DNA from: Sphyrna mokarran
Taxonomy: Eukaryota
Assembly: GCA_024679065.1 (NCBI GenBank)
Contig: JAGIQG010000016.1
Span: 52,638,001 to 52,702,000 of the forward strand
Length of the DNA stretch: 64,000 nt
Direction of reading: 5' to 3'
The stretch's first letter is position 1; each line of letters starts with the position of its first letter. Under the pieces are notes generated by a model. That model was not told where the DNA came from. It saw only the letters and a program-made list of their open reading frames with translations, and did no database searches. A program made the position numbers and the translations under genes. Below, piece after piece: positions 1 through 14,400 of the stretch.

Positions 1-99
1 CTTGGTGAACATGAATGTTGGTGACTGCTTTTTCATTCCAGGTTTGAAAGTTTGTGCAGCTTTTTCCACAAAACCATTTGATGAATGTGACTGGATCGA

Positions 100-430
100 A
101 GGTCCTGAAGGGTGGATGTAGAGCAGATGCTTTGTCAGAGAATCAAGAATTAGAGGTCACTGTTTAAAAAAAAGTAACTCATTTAAGGCAGAGGTGAGGA
201 GAATTTTCTTCTCTAAGCGTTTGGAGTCCCTAGAGCACTCTACCTCAAAAGACAGTGGATGTGTGAATATTTTTGAGGTAGAATTAGGTAGATTCTTGAT
301 TAATAAGGTTATTGGGGTAGACATGAAAGTGGGGTTGAGGTTATAATCAGATAAACCATGATCTTATTGAATGGTGGCACGAGCATTGAGTGGTCCACTT
401 TTGCTCCGAATTCAGACGTTCGTATGTTCT
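100..430 (+). mobile_element. CR1 LINE 3' end, decayed
   Basis: ORF2 C-terminal remnants (agaggtcactgtttaaa, gaggtgaggagaattttcttctct), 3'UTR ccatgatcttattgaatgg and a gttcgtatgttc tail. Confidence 0.8.
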
Positions 431-1599
431 CAGGATTCAGAAATCTTAAGAAATCCAAATCAAACTGGCAGGTGAACATAAATTTGCTGCGGATTAAGTT
501 TATAAAACCTAAAGGCATTAGTGGTTACAAAAGAATGCTCAGTAATAACTCCTCTTGCATACTTCACAAGCTGCTAAATAGTCTCTCCACAGTTATAGCT
601 GCCAAAAATATCGCTGAAGCAGCTGCAAATTCTACAAAACCTTGTGTATAATGATTTTGTAAAAGTACACAAAGTGGCCTTCATTTACACAGACAGGAAG
701 CCTCATAATTACAACAGATCAAGTGGTAGAAATTCCAGTTAGAAAGTTCATGTATGTAAGTTTAACGCACTTAACTACTCTGCATGCTACGCTTATGCAA
801 ATGCATACTGAAAATATGAGCAAACACCCAATTAAAATTTAAACAGTCAAATATGTGAACGTGGTTCACGAATAGAGATTCTAATGCTAATGTTTCCAGT
901 TTAAAGAAACGCTATACTTGTCATCAAACAGACACACCATTTGTCAATCATGGCAAACTCCATAGATCAGAAATGCGTTTTGCAGCTGCTTAAATATTAA
1001 ATCTATAGCAGTCTTGACTCCACTGTTATATAATTTATGACACTGGTATCCTTTAGCTAATATAAAATATGCATTAATCTAACATCTTTAACACCAAAAA
1101 AAAAGACGCCAAGATGCTTCTTACTGACAGAGTGGATGCCAAAACATGTCTACAGATCAATTTAGCTTCTGTTAAGGAAGGGACACTTCCACAGTTCAGC
1201 AGGGCAGCAGTTGCAAAACTATGGCATTATCTTCAAGGAAACCTGCATAAATTAACAACCATAGGGACGTCACTGTCTTCAACTTCCATACTAATTAGTT
1301 CTTTCAGAGTCATGTAAAGAACATCCACAATATTATCTAATAGATAAGCAAGCCATGGGCATGTTATTCAGCTGTGCTACCACTTGGTCTCCTTTTCCAG
1401 TCAAATAGCAGCAGTGGTATGCCACTAATTTCACCATGTTGCTGGACTTCCCAAGTACAAGGAATCACTGTTGCACAAGTATGACCATTTGAATCCTTGT
1501 ACAGAATGCTGTACCTTAAATCACTCATGAGATATTTCACAATTGCAGTGTGAACTTTGTAGTAATCACAAGCATGGAAGCATGGACAATAAATATCTA

Positions 1600-2080
1600 A
1601 TATCTACAAGGCACAAGTCTGTGTGATGGAATACTCTCCACTTGCTTGGATGAATGCAACTCCAGCAACATTCAAGAAATCTATTACTATCCAGGACAAA
1701 TCAGCCCACTTGACTGGCATTCCATCCATAAACTTCAACATTCACTCCCTTCACCACTTATGCATTTTGCAACAGTCTACAAGATGCACTTGCAGCAACT
1801 CAACAAGGCTCCTTCAGCTGCAATTTTCAAACCTGTGACCTGAGCCATCAAGAAGGACAAGGGCAACATATGCACAAGGACGCCACCACCAGCAACTTAT
1901 TCTCCAAGTGATACAGCATCCAGGCTTGGAACTACACTGATGTTCCTTCACTGTTGCTGGCTCAAAAACTTTGAATCTCCTCCCTCACAGCACTGCAAGA
2001 GTACCCACACCACATGGACTGCAGTAATTCAAGCAGCGCAACATAATATCTCAAAGGCAGTTACAGATGGGCAATACGAG
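1600..2080 (+). mobile_element. CR1-group LINE 3' fragment (second family)
   Basis: Encodes YKAQV..MEYSPLAWMNA.P.T.KK..TIQDK.A.L. The 3' end gatgggcaata recurs at ~7520-7590 and ~18690-18740. Confidence 0.75.
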
Positions 2081-2932
2081 AAACCAGTTCCATTTTCATC
2101 TCTTTGTATCACATTCTCCTCCCACATCCTCATTCATACACAGAGGTCCATTGGTGGTTGTTACGATTAACAATTCTAATGTTCAATTTTGATCATAAGC
2201 ACAATTTTGCAAGGAATTACAACTTTGGATAATGATTAAATGGAAGAAAACTGTTACACTCTTTACAGATCACATTCCTACATTTATTTTTCTGAGAAAG
2301 TTAATCTGCAGAGGGGAATATGCAGAACTTCTTCTAATTTCTAATGAAAGGTTTAAGCAATTTTGATGATGCTAACCAGCCAGCGAATGCTCGACTGATA
2401 ATCCACATACATAGAATGCTGCCTGATGAACATACTAGCAGTCAGATCGGACAATATTCAGGATCATGGTTGCTCACTTTTACAGTAAAAAAGGAAATGA
2501 AGAGTGCTCTGCCAGAAAGGAAGGATAAATTTAACATTTGTCCGTTTGCAGGCAGCTGTGCTTCTTGTCTACAGCTCCACACCGTGCAAGTCTGCAGCGT
2601 GATTTAATATTCAATAAAGAGAAAGTTGCGTTTATATAGTACTGACAACCTTAGAATGTCTAAAAATGTTTTGCAGCCAAGTACTTTGAAGGGGAGTCAC
2701 TTTTGTGACGTAGCAAATTAACAAATACAGTAGTTGCATGATCACATCTCAGCAGGATTTACTTCCAAATTTAATTTGACATTTTCAGGGAGAGGATTAG
2801 TGAAGAGTACAGGGAAAAGGATTGTCTCTGAATGAAACGGGCTTTACAAGTTCCATATGTATATTTTAATATACTGAAACACAGAAACATTTTATGTATA
2901 AACTGGTCACAGATCCAAATTCTGCTTCTGAA

Positions 2933-3047
2933 ACAAATTTTTCCATCTTGCCCGTCACGGGAATCGGAACGGGTGAGGGATGGTCTATGGAAAGGTCCGT
3001 TGGCCGTGGGCAGGATTTTCCAATTTTGGAGCTAGAAAATCCTACCA
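2933..3047. mobile_element. Short MITE-like repeat
   Basis: Imperfect terminal inverted repeats (aattttcc / agaaaatcc). A second copy at ~53512-53620 shares gtcacggga...atggaaaggt. Confidence 0.55.
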
Positions 3048-4939
3048 ACAACTCTAAAATAATGTATTTTTATGTATATTCATCCTCAAAGTCTGGCTTA
3101 TATGAAACTGCTAACACTATAGATACTCAGTGGTTTATTAATACCAGATAGTATAGGTTCAATTGCATTAAGTCTTATTAGAGGATGCAGTTCACTCCTA
3201 GAACTGTATTTACTTATTCCAGGACTCGTTTCAAAAATACCCTTAGGGAGTAATTCAAACAATATTACCCAGACTGCATGGAGTAGCTCTGAGTACTCAG
3301 TCATACTCTAAAAACCTCCCACAGAGAAATATCAATAGAAAGTTTTGACAGCAATTTTCAAGATTTCCACTTTGTTTCTTTTTGTAGCTTGGTGAAAACA
3401 TATTTTCTAATCAGAAGATAAGACCAGTCTTTAAACAGGTAACAAAATCCATCCTTGTGGTACTTTTATCCCAATTCTGGACCCAGATCTCTGCATTCTT
3501 CTACTTTCCTCTTCCTGATTTAGTTCTACTTTCAGAAATAAACAATTTCAATTTTTCAATCTTCTAAAATAAGTGCAATCAATAGATAGTACATCATACA
3601 CTTACAATATAATTAATTATATTAATTGGTCATAATATTCTTTACCTGAAGTGCAAATCCTTTGCACAATGTTAAGTGCAAAGTAACCTTCAATATTTCT
3701 GCTACTCTAATCATGTCTGACAATTTCCTCCATTGTCTCGTAAACCTTACGTGACTAATAGCAATAGGAAACAGCGTAAAGTGGCAAAAGTAATTACTTG
3801 TTTACCCTTGTGAGCTAGAATTGAAGGCTATTTCAATTGGGCAGAGATATATTGAATGAATAAATGCAAATAAATTTGGAGATGATAATGTATTAAACGA
3901 GTATAATGATTCTTATTTGAACTCAATAGGATCCGGAAGTAGATCTGTTGTCTAGGGAATGAACATACAGAATGAACTGGAGACAGTAAATGGGAATGAG
4001 AAATTTGTCGAGTTGGGACTATTCAGTAATAATATTATCAATTGAAAATACCCAAAAGGATAGTGCAGTGTGCAGTGTTAACATAGCCTCTTGAAATTAT
4101 GTGCCTCTAAATGGTTATAGTTTATAAAAAGGCTGATTGAAACTTGTGTGTGGGGTGCATCAATGGAACATGGATTTCTTGAGAACATGAAAAACTGGAA
4201 GCTCTGTAACGAATTGAGGTTTCTTCAAAAATATTACACATTAGCAGTGACAATTAATCTTTGTTCTTTTGGTACTTATTGTATCAACCCATTTAAACAG
4301 TTGTGCACCTTACTGTTACTAATATATAGATAACTTTTCACTTTGTGGAATTTAGTATCTAACTTCCATTTGCCTCCTATGGGAACATATTTTTGAAATG
4401 CATAGAGAATTATCTTAACCATTGTGAAAGAAAAAATACATTGACATTTGCTTTATTATTTTGTTGGTGGTGGTGTGTGGGGGTTGGTGACAGAGTTGGC
4501 TTGGTGCTGTCTTACCTAAACATAAAATAAAAATGTAATTCTTGAATCTGAAAATGTCAAAATTAAAAGATTTTACCAAATTGTATGCTGTATATTTCAA
4601 TAAGTGAGAAGACATGGATTGAAAAAAAAGCTAACAATATTAAAGCATGGAATACAGAAACCAAATCACCATAAGAAATACTACTGGAATTTTGATGTTT
4701 GGCTTTCTGTACATCAGTAGCTCATATTAATATTAATTGATTTGAATGGTTCATTTCTGTACAGCTGGATAGAAAACAGCTGGATGTGAATTGCAGCATC
4801 ATGCTCACAGAAAATCCAATGTGTAAAATCAGAAGTCAGTTTCAAATAGTTTGGTGAATATTGAGTAATTTAAATCAATTATAAAGCCTAAAAAATCAAA
4901 TACAATAACATAATTATGTAAGGGAGAAATGAGTTAGGC

Positions 4940-5290
4940 CTCAGCAGCACCATTGTATATAGTTCTGGGTGCTACATTACAGAATGCATGTGAATACATC
5001 GGAGAGAACGCAGAAGAAATTTTCAAGTATGGTTCCAGGGTGAAAACCAACAGTTATGAGGGTAGATTGGAACTGTTATCCTTGGAGAGGAGACAACTCA
5101 ATGAGATTTGATAGAGATGCTCAAAATTACAAGGGGGGTTGACAGAGGAGGTAGGGGGAAATTGTTCCTGCTTGTGAAATAATGATCAATATAAAGGTGT
5201 TTTGCAAAAGAAACAAACACATGATGTGGTTTTGGTCTGAAATACACTATTCAGAAGAACGATGGAGGCAGCTTCAAGTGAGGCATTGAA
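4940..5290 (+). mobile_element. CR1 LINE ORF2 C-terminal fragment, decayed
   Basis: Degenerate CVQFW.P / ERVQ.RF / DLIE.KI coding remnants. Confidence 0.7.
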
Positions 5291-5719
5291 GAGGCCATTA
5301 GGTCCATTGTCACAATCAAATGTTCCAAAGGGCCAGGTTTCTTCATATGAAAGGAGATGCAGACCAGACAATATGGTTTTACAAAATAGATATCCTTAAT
5401 GAAGTAATAAGATCCTGATATTCCAGTTATAAAAACATTAATAAGATGAGTATTTCCACTTCCTTAAAAAAGCACAGCATTCTTTATCTACTTTTCTCTT
5501 CAGAGATATGGTGGGGGGAGGGGAAGGGGGAAGAAACAAGCTTGAAAACAGGAACATTTTAGATTCGCTTTATCAGCAAGTTTAAATATCAAATCTTATC
5601 ACTCAGTGCATGAAAAAAAATCCTGAAATCCGTTTCTCATTAGTAGGGGGAGTGGATGGGATCTAATTCACCAGAAATCCAGCTGATAGCAGAAGACAGC
5701 ACCATTGCAAATTTGGAGG

Positions 5720-6357
5720 TCTTTGCAGCCCCTTCCCAACTTCCCCCCACCCCTTAACTGCAGAGCCCTGAAGCCATCCGCAACTGCCCTCCCCCACTTG
5801 CCATGGGTTGGACCTATTGCACTGCCCTGTGCCTCATCCCTCCCAGACTGATTGGCTCCTCAATCCCTCTGCCTGGGTGAATTGATCGTCACCCAATAAT
5901 TATGCAGAGGGCAGTGCCAGAGTGCCCAGTGGGCAGTGTCAGATTCCAGGCTGGTACTGCCCAAGAAGCATCCCCTCTGCCTTGACCTTCCGGGGGAGGG
6001 GGGCTCAGTGGCCTCTGATTCTACCAGCAAGGCCATCGTGTCTGGTCCCTATTGATGGGGGACCATATGTGATCTTCACCCAAGAGAATCTCTCACAGCG
6101 AGACCACGCAGCTTGTGAACCTGGATGATACTGTCCTGGGCTCACTAATTTCATTTAAATGATATTTAAATTCGATTTACATAATTTATTCAACCACATG
6201 CTGGAAATGGACGAGAGGCTGATCGCACCTGATATCCAGTGCCAGTAAGATTGTGACAGGTGAAAAATCAGATACAAACCTGATTTTTTGGCTCTCTTGC
6301 GATCTTACTGGCTCACCCTACCCATTGGCTAGCGGGGCACAATGATAAAATAACCCT
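5720..6357. mobile_element. GC-rich non-autonomous DNA-transposon-like repeat with internal hairpin
   Basis: GC-rich block in AT-rich flanks, with a 72-bp inverted repeat at 6241-6312. Confidence 0.5.
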
Positions 6358-7973
6358 CCATCCACTCCCCTCCCTAGTTGAGTATTATCTACATTACAAA
6401 TAAAACAAAACTAATATAACAAATACAAGTAAGCTGGCTACATATGCACAAATGTACGCACTGATTTTTGAAGCATGCTGAAGACAAAGAAACTGATGAC
6501 TTTGGCTTAAAAGCTGCATGTGCACCTCCACCGTCAGTTATACTGCACAGATATTCATCTGCCTCACCTCCATTAACATCTGCATCTCAAAATTCATTGT
6601 AATTTTATAAATGCTTACCAGAGCCACATTGTGACAGTACATAGACCTGATGCAGTCTGCGGGTCATATCTTTGACAACTCTACAATAAACAATTATTAG
6701 AAATAATGTGAAGGGGGGTGGAGAATAGGGAAGGGGATGGCATGTTTGGAGAACCTAGGCAAACATGATGGGCTAAATAGCTTCCTTCCCCATCCTAACA
6801 ATTTTGTGATGCTGTGATAAAAGCATTGCTGTGAAGACTAGACTTTCATTTGTCCCAGAACTAAAGATCCTACTGTTATTTTAACTTAGTGTTTGTTTTC
6901 AGAACTATTGCACGCTATTCAAAGGCAAAGATAAAGACAAAAAAAATCTGATTTTCTTTCACTAATATACTTCAATGCTGGCAGCAGGAAATAGAGGGCA
7001 CCTGTCTACCATTTGCGAACCATTAATTTTAATGCATGGGAAATAGTGAACAATCTGCCCATAATTTCCTGAACCTATGGCGATAATTTACTTGCAACAG
7101 CGCAAACTTTAAATATTGCTACCAAGGTTTTCAAAAAGTCAAAACTAACATTCCTAGTTATCATAATGTAACATTTTACTTCTACCTTACTGAAAGGATT
7201 GAAAACTTTCAAGACAATACACAATTTATCATCTTTCTGACTTTTGACCCTTGAACTGTGACTCAATGTGATTCATAAAGCAGCCATATGTAGGTTCTAT
7301 CTTCAGTGTGCTGAAGGCTGGGCATTATTCCAGAGTCATTATCCCATTGTGATAGAACATGCCGTTAAGATGTTAATGTGGCTTTGTTCTTTGACCTCAG
7401 AAGCACAAGCATTCAGACTGGGATACAATCAGGATGTTATGTTTCTTCTCATCCTGCCTGGCCAAAACATTACCAGTAACTTTTATCATTCTATTTGTAC
7501 AAAAAAGCCACCTTCACCACCACCTTCTCAAGGGTAATTAGGGATGGACAATAAATGCTGCTTAGCCAACGATGCCCATATCTCATAAAATAATTTCTAA
7601 AAATCATTCCATTTGCTGAACTGTATTACAAGAATCGAAGACGGAGATCTGTAAGTGATTATAGAATCAATGGAAATTGGGTGGGGCTTAAACAAAGTGC
7701 ATGTCAAACAAAAAGAGCTGCCGACTGTTTTACAAATAAAACACCAGACCAGTATATCAATGTCTTCCTGTTGTTTTATCTGTTTTGGATGTTTTCAATG
7801 TTTGCAACTAAAATACATGTTCTTGTCATAGAAACTTTAATAATTGGAAACACACAAAATAGAAATTTTACCCAGTTTAGATTTTTGCCTTAAAATTAGA
7901 TCTTTCAATTGCTGCAGAGTATTATTTATGAGGTTGTAAGACCAATTAACTAATCAGTGCTTCCAATACTATT

Positions 7974-8111
7974 GGCTGAAATCTTCCATCCTCATTTACA
8001 CCTGGAATTTTCTGGTGCCACTGGCAGTGAATGGAGTTTTGGCTATAACGCCAAATTCTCCATTATTGCTTGCAACAGCTCCATTATGGACGAGACCAAA
8101 GAATCATGCCA
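7974..8111. mobile_element. Short MITE-like repeat
   Basis: Ends ggctgaaatct / agaatcatgcc resemble the TIR class seen at 15019 and 54350. Confidence 0.45.
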
Positions 8112-11069
8112 TAGTATCCGAAAGAATTTTACATGAACGTGCTAAATGCTTGGATGTTAATATACAAAGAGCCTAACAACGAAGAACTTGTGTTCGATAC
8201 AAATCACAGGCTGACTCTGATGAAAATAATAATGCTGCAAAAGAAATCTAAACTAAAAAAAGTTTTCAAAGAAGCACCATATTGTGCAGTCAATCCAAAG
8301 TAATTCAAAAGGAATTATAATATAACTGTTGTCAATGTTCTGGAATAAACATGCCATTTGATGTTCCTTCCTTCTTAATTTTAATGATGTTGTTACCCAC
8401 TTAAAACAACAAATTAATATCTCTTTGAAATTCATAGAAAGAAGATTGTGACACAGACATATTAAGTATTCCTTAGCTCATGCCACCAATAAACTGGTAT
8501 TAGGAGTAAAGTTTTAACACAACAAAATGTCTCAAATGATCAAAACCTGAAGATGTGTTACTTAGTTAAAATTTCTAACTTCTAAAATTTCTAAATTTCT
8601 AATTTCTAAAAATGAACAGAAAGAGATCAAACCAAAGATCACCAAATAAAAAAGGTAAAATACAATCTTGCATCTGAAAAATCAACTAATAAACCACATC
8701 GTATTATATCTTTCTTGGCAATTCACAACATGGAGCTTGTCGGTATAAACCTGCTTTCTAATAAAAGTATTAGAAATATATTAATTGCTATGTTGCACCT
8801 AAAGCTAAAAGACCCAGCAGATATCTGGTATAATTGAAAGTTATGTTACAGATATTTCACACTTATAGTCCTATGAAATGTACTCTTAGATAATAAATTT
8901 ATGCAGTATATCATTTAATATGCTATCAACAGTTAATTAAGATTTATATCAGTTAACAGTAGGGTAAATCAATCTGCATGACAGTGAGGCTACAAAAACA
9001 GGCTTTCTTTGATGACTTAAAGATAACATTTTGGGAAGAAATACTTTTGAAACTTTTATACTCTGGGTTTCAAGGTATGCAATCAGAATGACCAATACCT
9101 CCTTGCAGTCATCTACCGGTTAGCTCTGTTACTTTATGCCAATCTCTTCAGGTCATCATTTGTAGATCTTATTTTAATTGATCTGTAATTCAAATGTTTA
9201 AAAATGGAAGATTCACTATGGAATAAAGAATAGGAAAAGCAAAATAACTCTTGGATTAAAAGACTAATTCAATCTAACCTTGCCAGATTGTACCCATGTG
9301 CACTTCGCTAATCTGCAATATAATGAGGGAAGGCACTATTCTCAGTATCTATTCACCAGCATAATGATGATGCAGATTTTTATCCTCGTTGCATCTGTAC
9401 TCATTTAAGCATATATATGGCCATTTTACCTCTGAAAAATTCACTGTAAAGAGACAAAAAAAACCAAAGTCAAATCATTAGGTATCAAAATGCTCCTGGC
9501 CTGTTAGTATTCAGATAAAATCTGCAGGCAACTATACAATTTAATAGCAGGCATCCTTAATCCAGGAAAAACACAAACTACATTTCGTATTTTAGTAAAT
9601 CCTTTGGTGCTTTTGCTATATGAGAAATCCTCTCTCAAGAATTTCAGTTCTCTTTGTTGCCACTAGAGAAAGATTCATTTTGACACATAAATCCTCCTCC
9701 ACAATCACTCCCCAGATAGTATTTGCGAAGAATGTATAAGCTATTGAAATATTACACTCACAACCTTGATGCTAACAAATAGACTTTTGTGTTATTTGGC
9801 AGGCTTACTACATTTCTTGTTTTAAAATATACAGCAGTGCATATGTTTCCTACTTTTCAGAAGGATAATGACAACAAAATCTATCTTTACAGAAATTGCC
9901 TTTTTCAATTTGGTGCTCAAACATCTTTTCCCATAATAGTCTGTAGTATTTGAAATTTATTTATAAGTCTAATGTCAAGGTTAAGATTTCGATGCCATTA
10001 ACCCAAAAGATCAGGACATTGTAGCATTAATTTATTCCTTTTATGTGCTTCCTGCTGATATTATTTAATCACATTTCTAAAAAGAATTTTCCAACCAAAT
10101 TGCACTATGTTGGAGTCCATTTTTGTTTTGTTTCATTTTTTTCCTAGCTTTCACCTAGTAATTAGGCTTATAATTCCAATTATGTGGGTTATGTTTCATT
10201 TATAACTTAATGGGTTACAGCTGCTTCCAGCACTGATCATTTTTATCTTAAAACAGCCAAGCCTGTTTTCCCATCTTTTCATATATTTATCCTAAATGGT
10301 AATGGAGTAAGAAGAAGGAGGAAATATTCAAAGGAGAAATATTTTTAGTCTTTGCCTGGGATACTATACAAGTAACAGCTGGATTCATTTTATTAATATT
10401 GCATGGGCCCTATGGGTTTTATTATTATTAATCTGGTAATTGCTTTTGACAGCAAAGTCAAACAGCCTGGGTAACATACAACATTCTAAAATAAATATCA
10501 CTCAAGGCAGTATGAAAAGTAAATACTGATTTTAAGTAAAGAAATAATTTTCACAATAAATTTAATACAAATTGTGTGTTAATAATAAAATGCGTCAATT
10601 TAAAAAAATGCAGTAAATAATGAAAAACACATTTTGAAAAGATGGGTTTTTTTTTGGTTTGCTCAGGAAATCATTTCATTGTTACACTGAATTTACATTC
10701 AGTGAGCTAGAGGATTAACAAAAAAATCCATAGTGACTTCGGAGCCCAAAATTGGTAAGAATCGGAAATAATGAAGTATTGCCAGTTTTGACAATCTACT
10801 TATTTCGCCTCCTTTCCAGCATTGATAGCTCTATTTAACATGAATAGTCTGCCAGCTTTAACAGCGAGGATTGGCAAAAGAGAAGACAACAGAAAGCAGC
10901 CACTGGCAATGTACATTCAGTTATAATAAGTTTTGTCCAGAACAGTAAGTGGCAAAACGAAACAACTGAAAAACTCTTGACTTCTTTCTTATATAAAATA
11001 ATGGTAATTGAAAGAAAAATATGCTAGTTAAGTGCATTGGCAATGCTAAAGTTCTCCTTCAACATTCCT

Positions 11070-11172
11070 AAACGAGCACCAGAGTGTGGTGACAAGGGGA
11101 TTTTCACAGTAACTTTATTTGCAGTGTTAATGGAAGCCTGCTTGTGATACTAATAAAATAATAAATAAAAAA
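11070..11172 (+). mobile_element. SINE 3' tail fragment
   Basis: ttcacagtaacttt..gcagtgttaatg.aagcct.cttgtga.actaataaa is the reverse complement of the tail of the SINE at 33665-33945. Confidence 0.7.
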
Positions 11173-12049
11173 TAACAGGTTGAAATGAACTGAAGGAAAG
11201 TCCTCTTTTTTTCCACTTTAAGTAGCATAAAGATTGTCAGATCTTCTCTATAACCACACAACTGAAGCATATTCACTGGTCTTGTAATCTCCATTACAAT
11301 ATATTGCTCTGATCTGTCTCTATCATAATGTAATCTGCTCTTTGATGGAGATTCTTCTCAAGCTCTATCAGAACTAGAAGCAATCAATATGCTGAATAAT
11401 AAATCTGGGGGCATCACCAGACATCATGACCCCATACAAACAACATCAGCTTGGAGCTGACATGCTCCATTATAAAGCACTGAAGGGCCATCTAATGAAG
11501 GCCAAGTGGAACTGATTGGAGTGGGAGTCCCGCCGTCTATAGTTGCCAGCCAATAGAGAGCCATTAGTAGCAGTTGCCAGGACTGCAGAAAGAAAAGAAG
11601 ACAAAAGTCTGTGGATTCCCAGAGCAAATCCAGGATCTCTGGTTGGATGGTTCTGGGTAGGTTACGGAAAGAAGGAGTGGATTTAAGGGACAGAGCAGAT
11701 AGGAAAAAGGGGAGATCCAACCCCGTAATCAGCAAAAGGCAGTCTTTGAAGAGTAAAGAGCAACAACTCCATCCTTCCCATCCTTTAAACGTTTAAGGGT
11801 GGTGGTGGGGAGGGACCTAAGATTTCCATTTCCTACACCAAATATTTCATTGTGTAGCAGCATATTGATAATGTGCCTAATCAATCCTTAATTATTAATT
11901 TAAATGTGACAGGCAGCACTCTCTATATTAGGGGCGAGGGCTGAGGGTGGGTGGGAAAACTTATAGTATCGTGATGCCTTCTGGTCTCTTCAAATTACCA
12001 GCTTGATGCAGAAAACAGTGACACTGAATCTCTTTCCTAAATATCTTGA

Positions 12050-12990
12050 AGGCTTTTGACAAGATCCCATAAAAAAGATTAGCATTTTTAATTAATGCAC
12101 ATGGGATTGAGATGGATTGAAAACTGGTTGGCAGATAGGAAGCAAAGAGTGGGAATAAATAGATCCTTTTCCAAGTGGCAGGCAGTGATTAGTGAGGTAC
12201 CACAAGGATCGGTGTTTGGACTCTGGCTAATCACAATTCATATTAATGATTTAGGTGAGGGAACTAAATGTAATATCTCCAGATTTGCGGATGATACAGA
12301 GCTGGATGGGAGATAAACTGTGAGGAAGATGCAGAGATGCTTCATTGTGATTTGGACAAGTTGAGTAATTGGGAAAATACATGACAGATGTAGGATTATG
12401 TGGATAATGTGAACCACTCACTTTGGTAGCAAAAACAGGTAAGAAGATTATCTGAATGGCTATAGACTGAGAGAGGACAATGCACAGTGAGACTTAGCTG
12501 CCCTTGTACACCAGTTGCTAAAAATAAGCAGGTGGGTGCAGTAGGCAGCGAAGAAGACAAATGATATGTTGGCCTTCATAGCGAGCAAGGATGTCTTGCT
12601 GAAGTCATATGAGGCCTTGGTGAAACCACATGTAGAATTTTGTGTGCAGTTTTGGTTACTTTATCTGAGGAATTACGTTCTTGCTATGAAGTGTGTGCAG
12701 TGAAGGTTTACCAGACTGATTCCCAGCATGGTATATGAGGAAAGACTCATTGAGTTATTTGCTGGAGTTTAGAAGAAAGAGGGGGATTTCACAGTAAGTT
12801 ATAAAATTGTAACAGGGAAGATGCAGGAAGGATGTCCTTGATGGCAGGGGAGACCAGAACGAGGGGTCACAGTTTAAGGATATGGGGTAAACCATTTAGG
12901 ATTGAAATGAGGAGAAATTTCTTCACCCAGACAGTGGTGAGCCTGTGAAATTTGCTATCACAGAAAGCAGTTGAGACCAAAACATTGTGG
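12050..12990 (+). mobile_element. CR1 LINE RT region, decayed
   Basis: [16 protein letters not shown]..., VPQGSV and ISRFADDT motifs, with stops and frameshifts. Confidence 0.9.
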
Positions 12991-12999
12991 ATGTGAGCT

Positions 13000-14400
13000 T
13001 ACCGGTTCGCTGCACTGAGTGATCAATGTGGCAAGATGGAAGATAGTGATAGAGGCTAAAAAAAGACTTGCATCCAGCCTGTTTTGCCAGAGAGGTTGGC
13101 TTTGTGCCCAGAAAAGGAGAGAGGGGAGGAAGAGGGCTGCAGGGGGAGGGGAGGCGGGCTGTGCAAGGGGGTTGGGATGAGGAAGAAACATTGGGAGTCT
13201 ACCAAGGTCCACATCAGGAAGGTCTTGATGCCCTAATGTCAGACATCACAGTGTTGGTCTGGGAGGAGAATATGTTGCTGATACTGGTGGAGGAGAGGTC
13301 TCCCAGTTTACTGAGAGAACAAGGCACTGTTGAGCTCTCTGCAGCCTGCTTCTGGGACATGCTTAGGCTTCACTTCCCCTTCCCAAACGCCGCCAGAGCA
13401 AATCTCCCAGCCGTCAGATAAACTAAGTGTGTGAAGATTGCAATGCCAAACACGCCGAAAAAACTAGCGTGGAACCCTCCTGTTTTCAGGGTTTCATAAC
13501 ACTCAGGGCACGATCTTACTGACTTGCTGTGCCGGGCTGGTAATATTGCTTGCAGTGCAAAAAATTGGGTTAGCACCCATTTTCATGTCACATGCAGAGT
13601 TACTGGCATTGTTTTGCTGGCAGAAATGGCTTTGTGTCCTTTTGCCAATGACATATCATTGACGCGTTACACACAGCATCTTCCAGCCTCACAGCCACTT
13701 GCCTGCTTACTGGTTGGACATTACACTGGTAACAATCACAGCTGATCTCCACTAATGGTGACCAGACATGATGACCTCACTAGGGAGGACCAGAGGCCAC
13801 TGAAGCTCCCAGGTGATCGGTGGCATAGCTAGGCAGTGCAACTGGGCATCCTGGAACTGCCACCAGGCACCATAACAATGCCAGGGGCACTGCCAAGAAG
13901 GTGGAGCTGAGTAGAGGTGGAGCCCAATTGGGGGTGGGATGCAAGGGAATGGAGGGAGCTCTGTGGAAGGGGAGAGGGAGCTCTATAGGGGAGAGGGAAA
14001 AAAGCACTGCTGGGGAAGAAGCTCTGTGTGGAGAGGGGCAGAATTCTGTGGGGGGGGGGTCTATGTAAGGGAAGGATACAGTGGGTGATTGGCACATGGG
14101 AGAAATTGGCACTGAGGTGCAGTGCAGGATGGGCTGCAGAGGAGGCCATGATGAGGGATGCATAGGGTGGGTCCTGATGCCCCAATGCCAGTGACCTGCG
14201 TTGCAAGCAAGGGGTGTTACATTGCTGTTGGTGATAGGGCATGGGGGGAGGAAGGGTAAGGTATCAGCAGCTATTCCAGGCACCTGAGTTTTTGCCAAGC
14301 CACAATCTCACTGCCCACCCCAACCCCATCAGATGAGAACTGCACTTCTGTCCAATAAAGTGAAAATCATACGATTGCATTTCAATCTTGCCCAAAAGAA
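13000..14400. mobile_element. GC-rich composite repeat, probably a non-autonomous DNA transposon
   Basis: GC-rich with purine-rich simple repeats; ends in aatcttgccc, a TIR-like sequence. No recognisable coding domain. Confidence 0.4.

Noticed and set aside
9098-9182. Possible cryptic minus-strand exon (ttacag ... GAG|gtattg)
   Set aside because: Weak splice sites, stop codons and no NOL4L similarity.
13780-14298. 172-aa ORF
   Set aside because: Pro/Ser-rich translation of a purine-rich repeat, with no splice or homology support.
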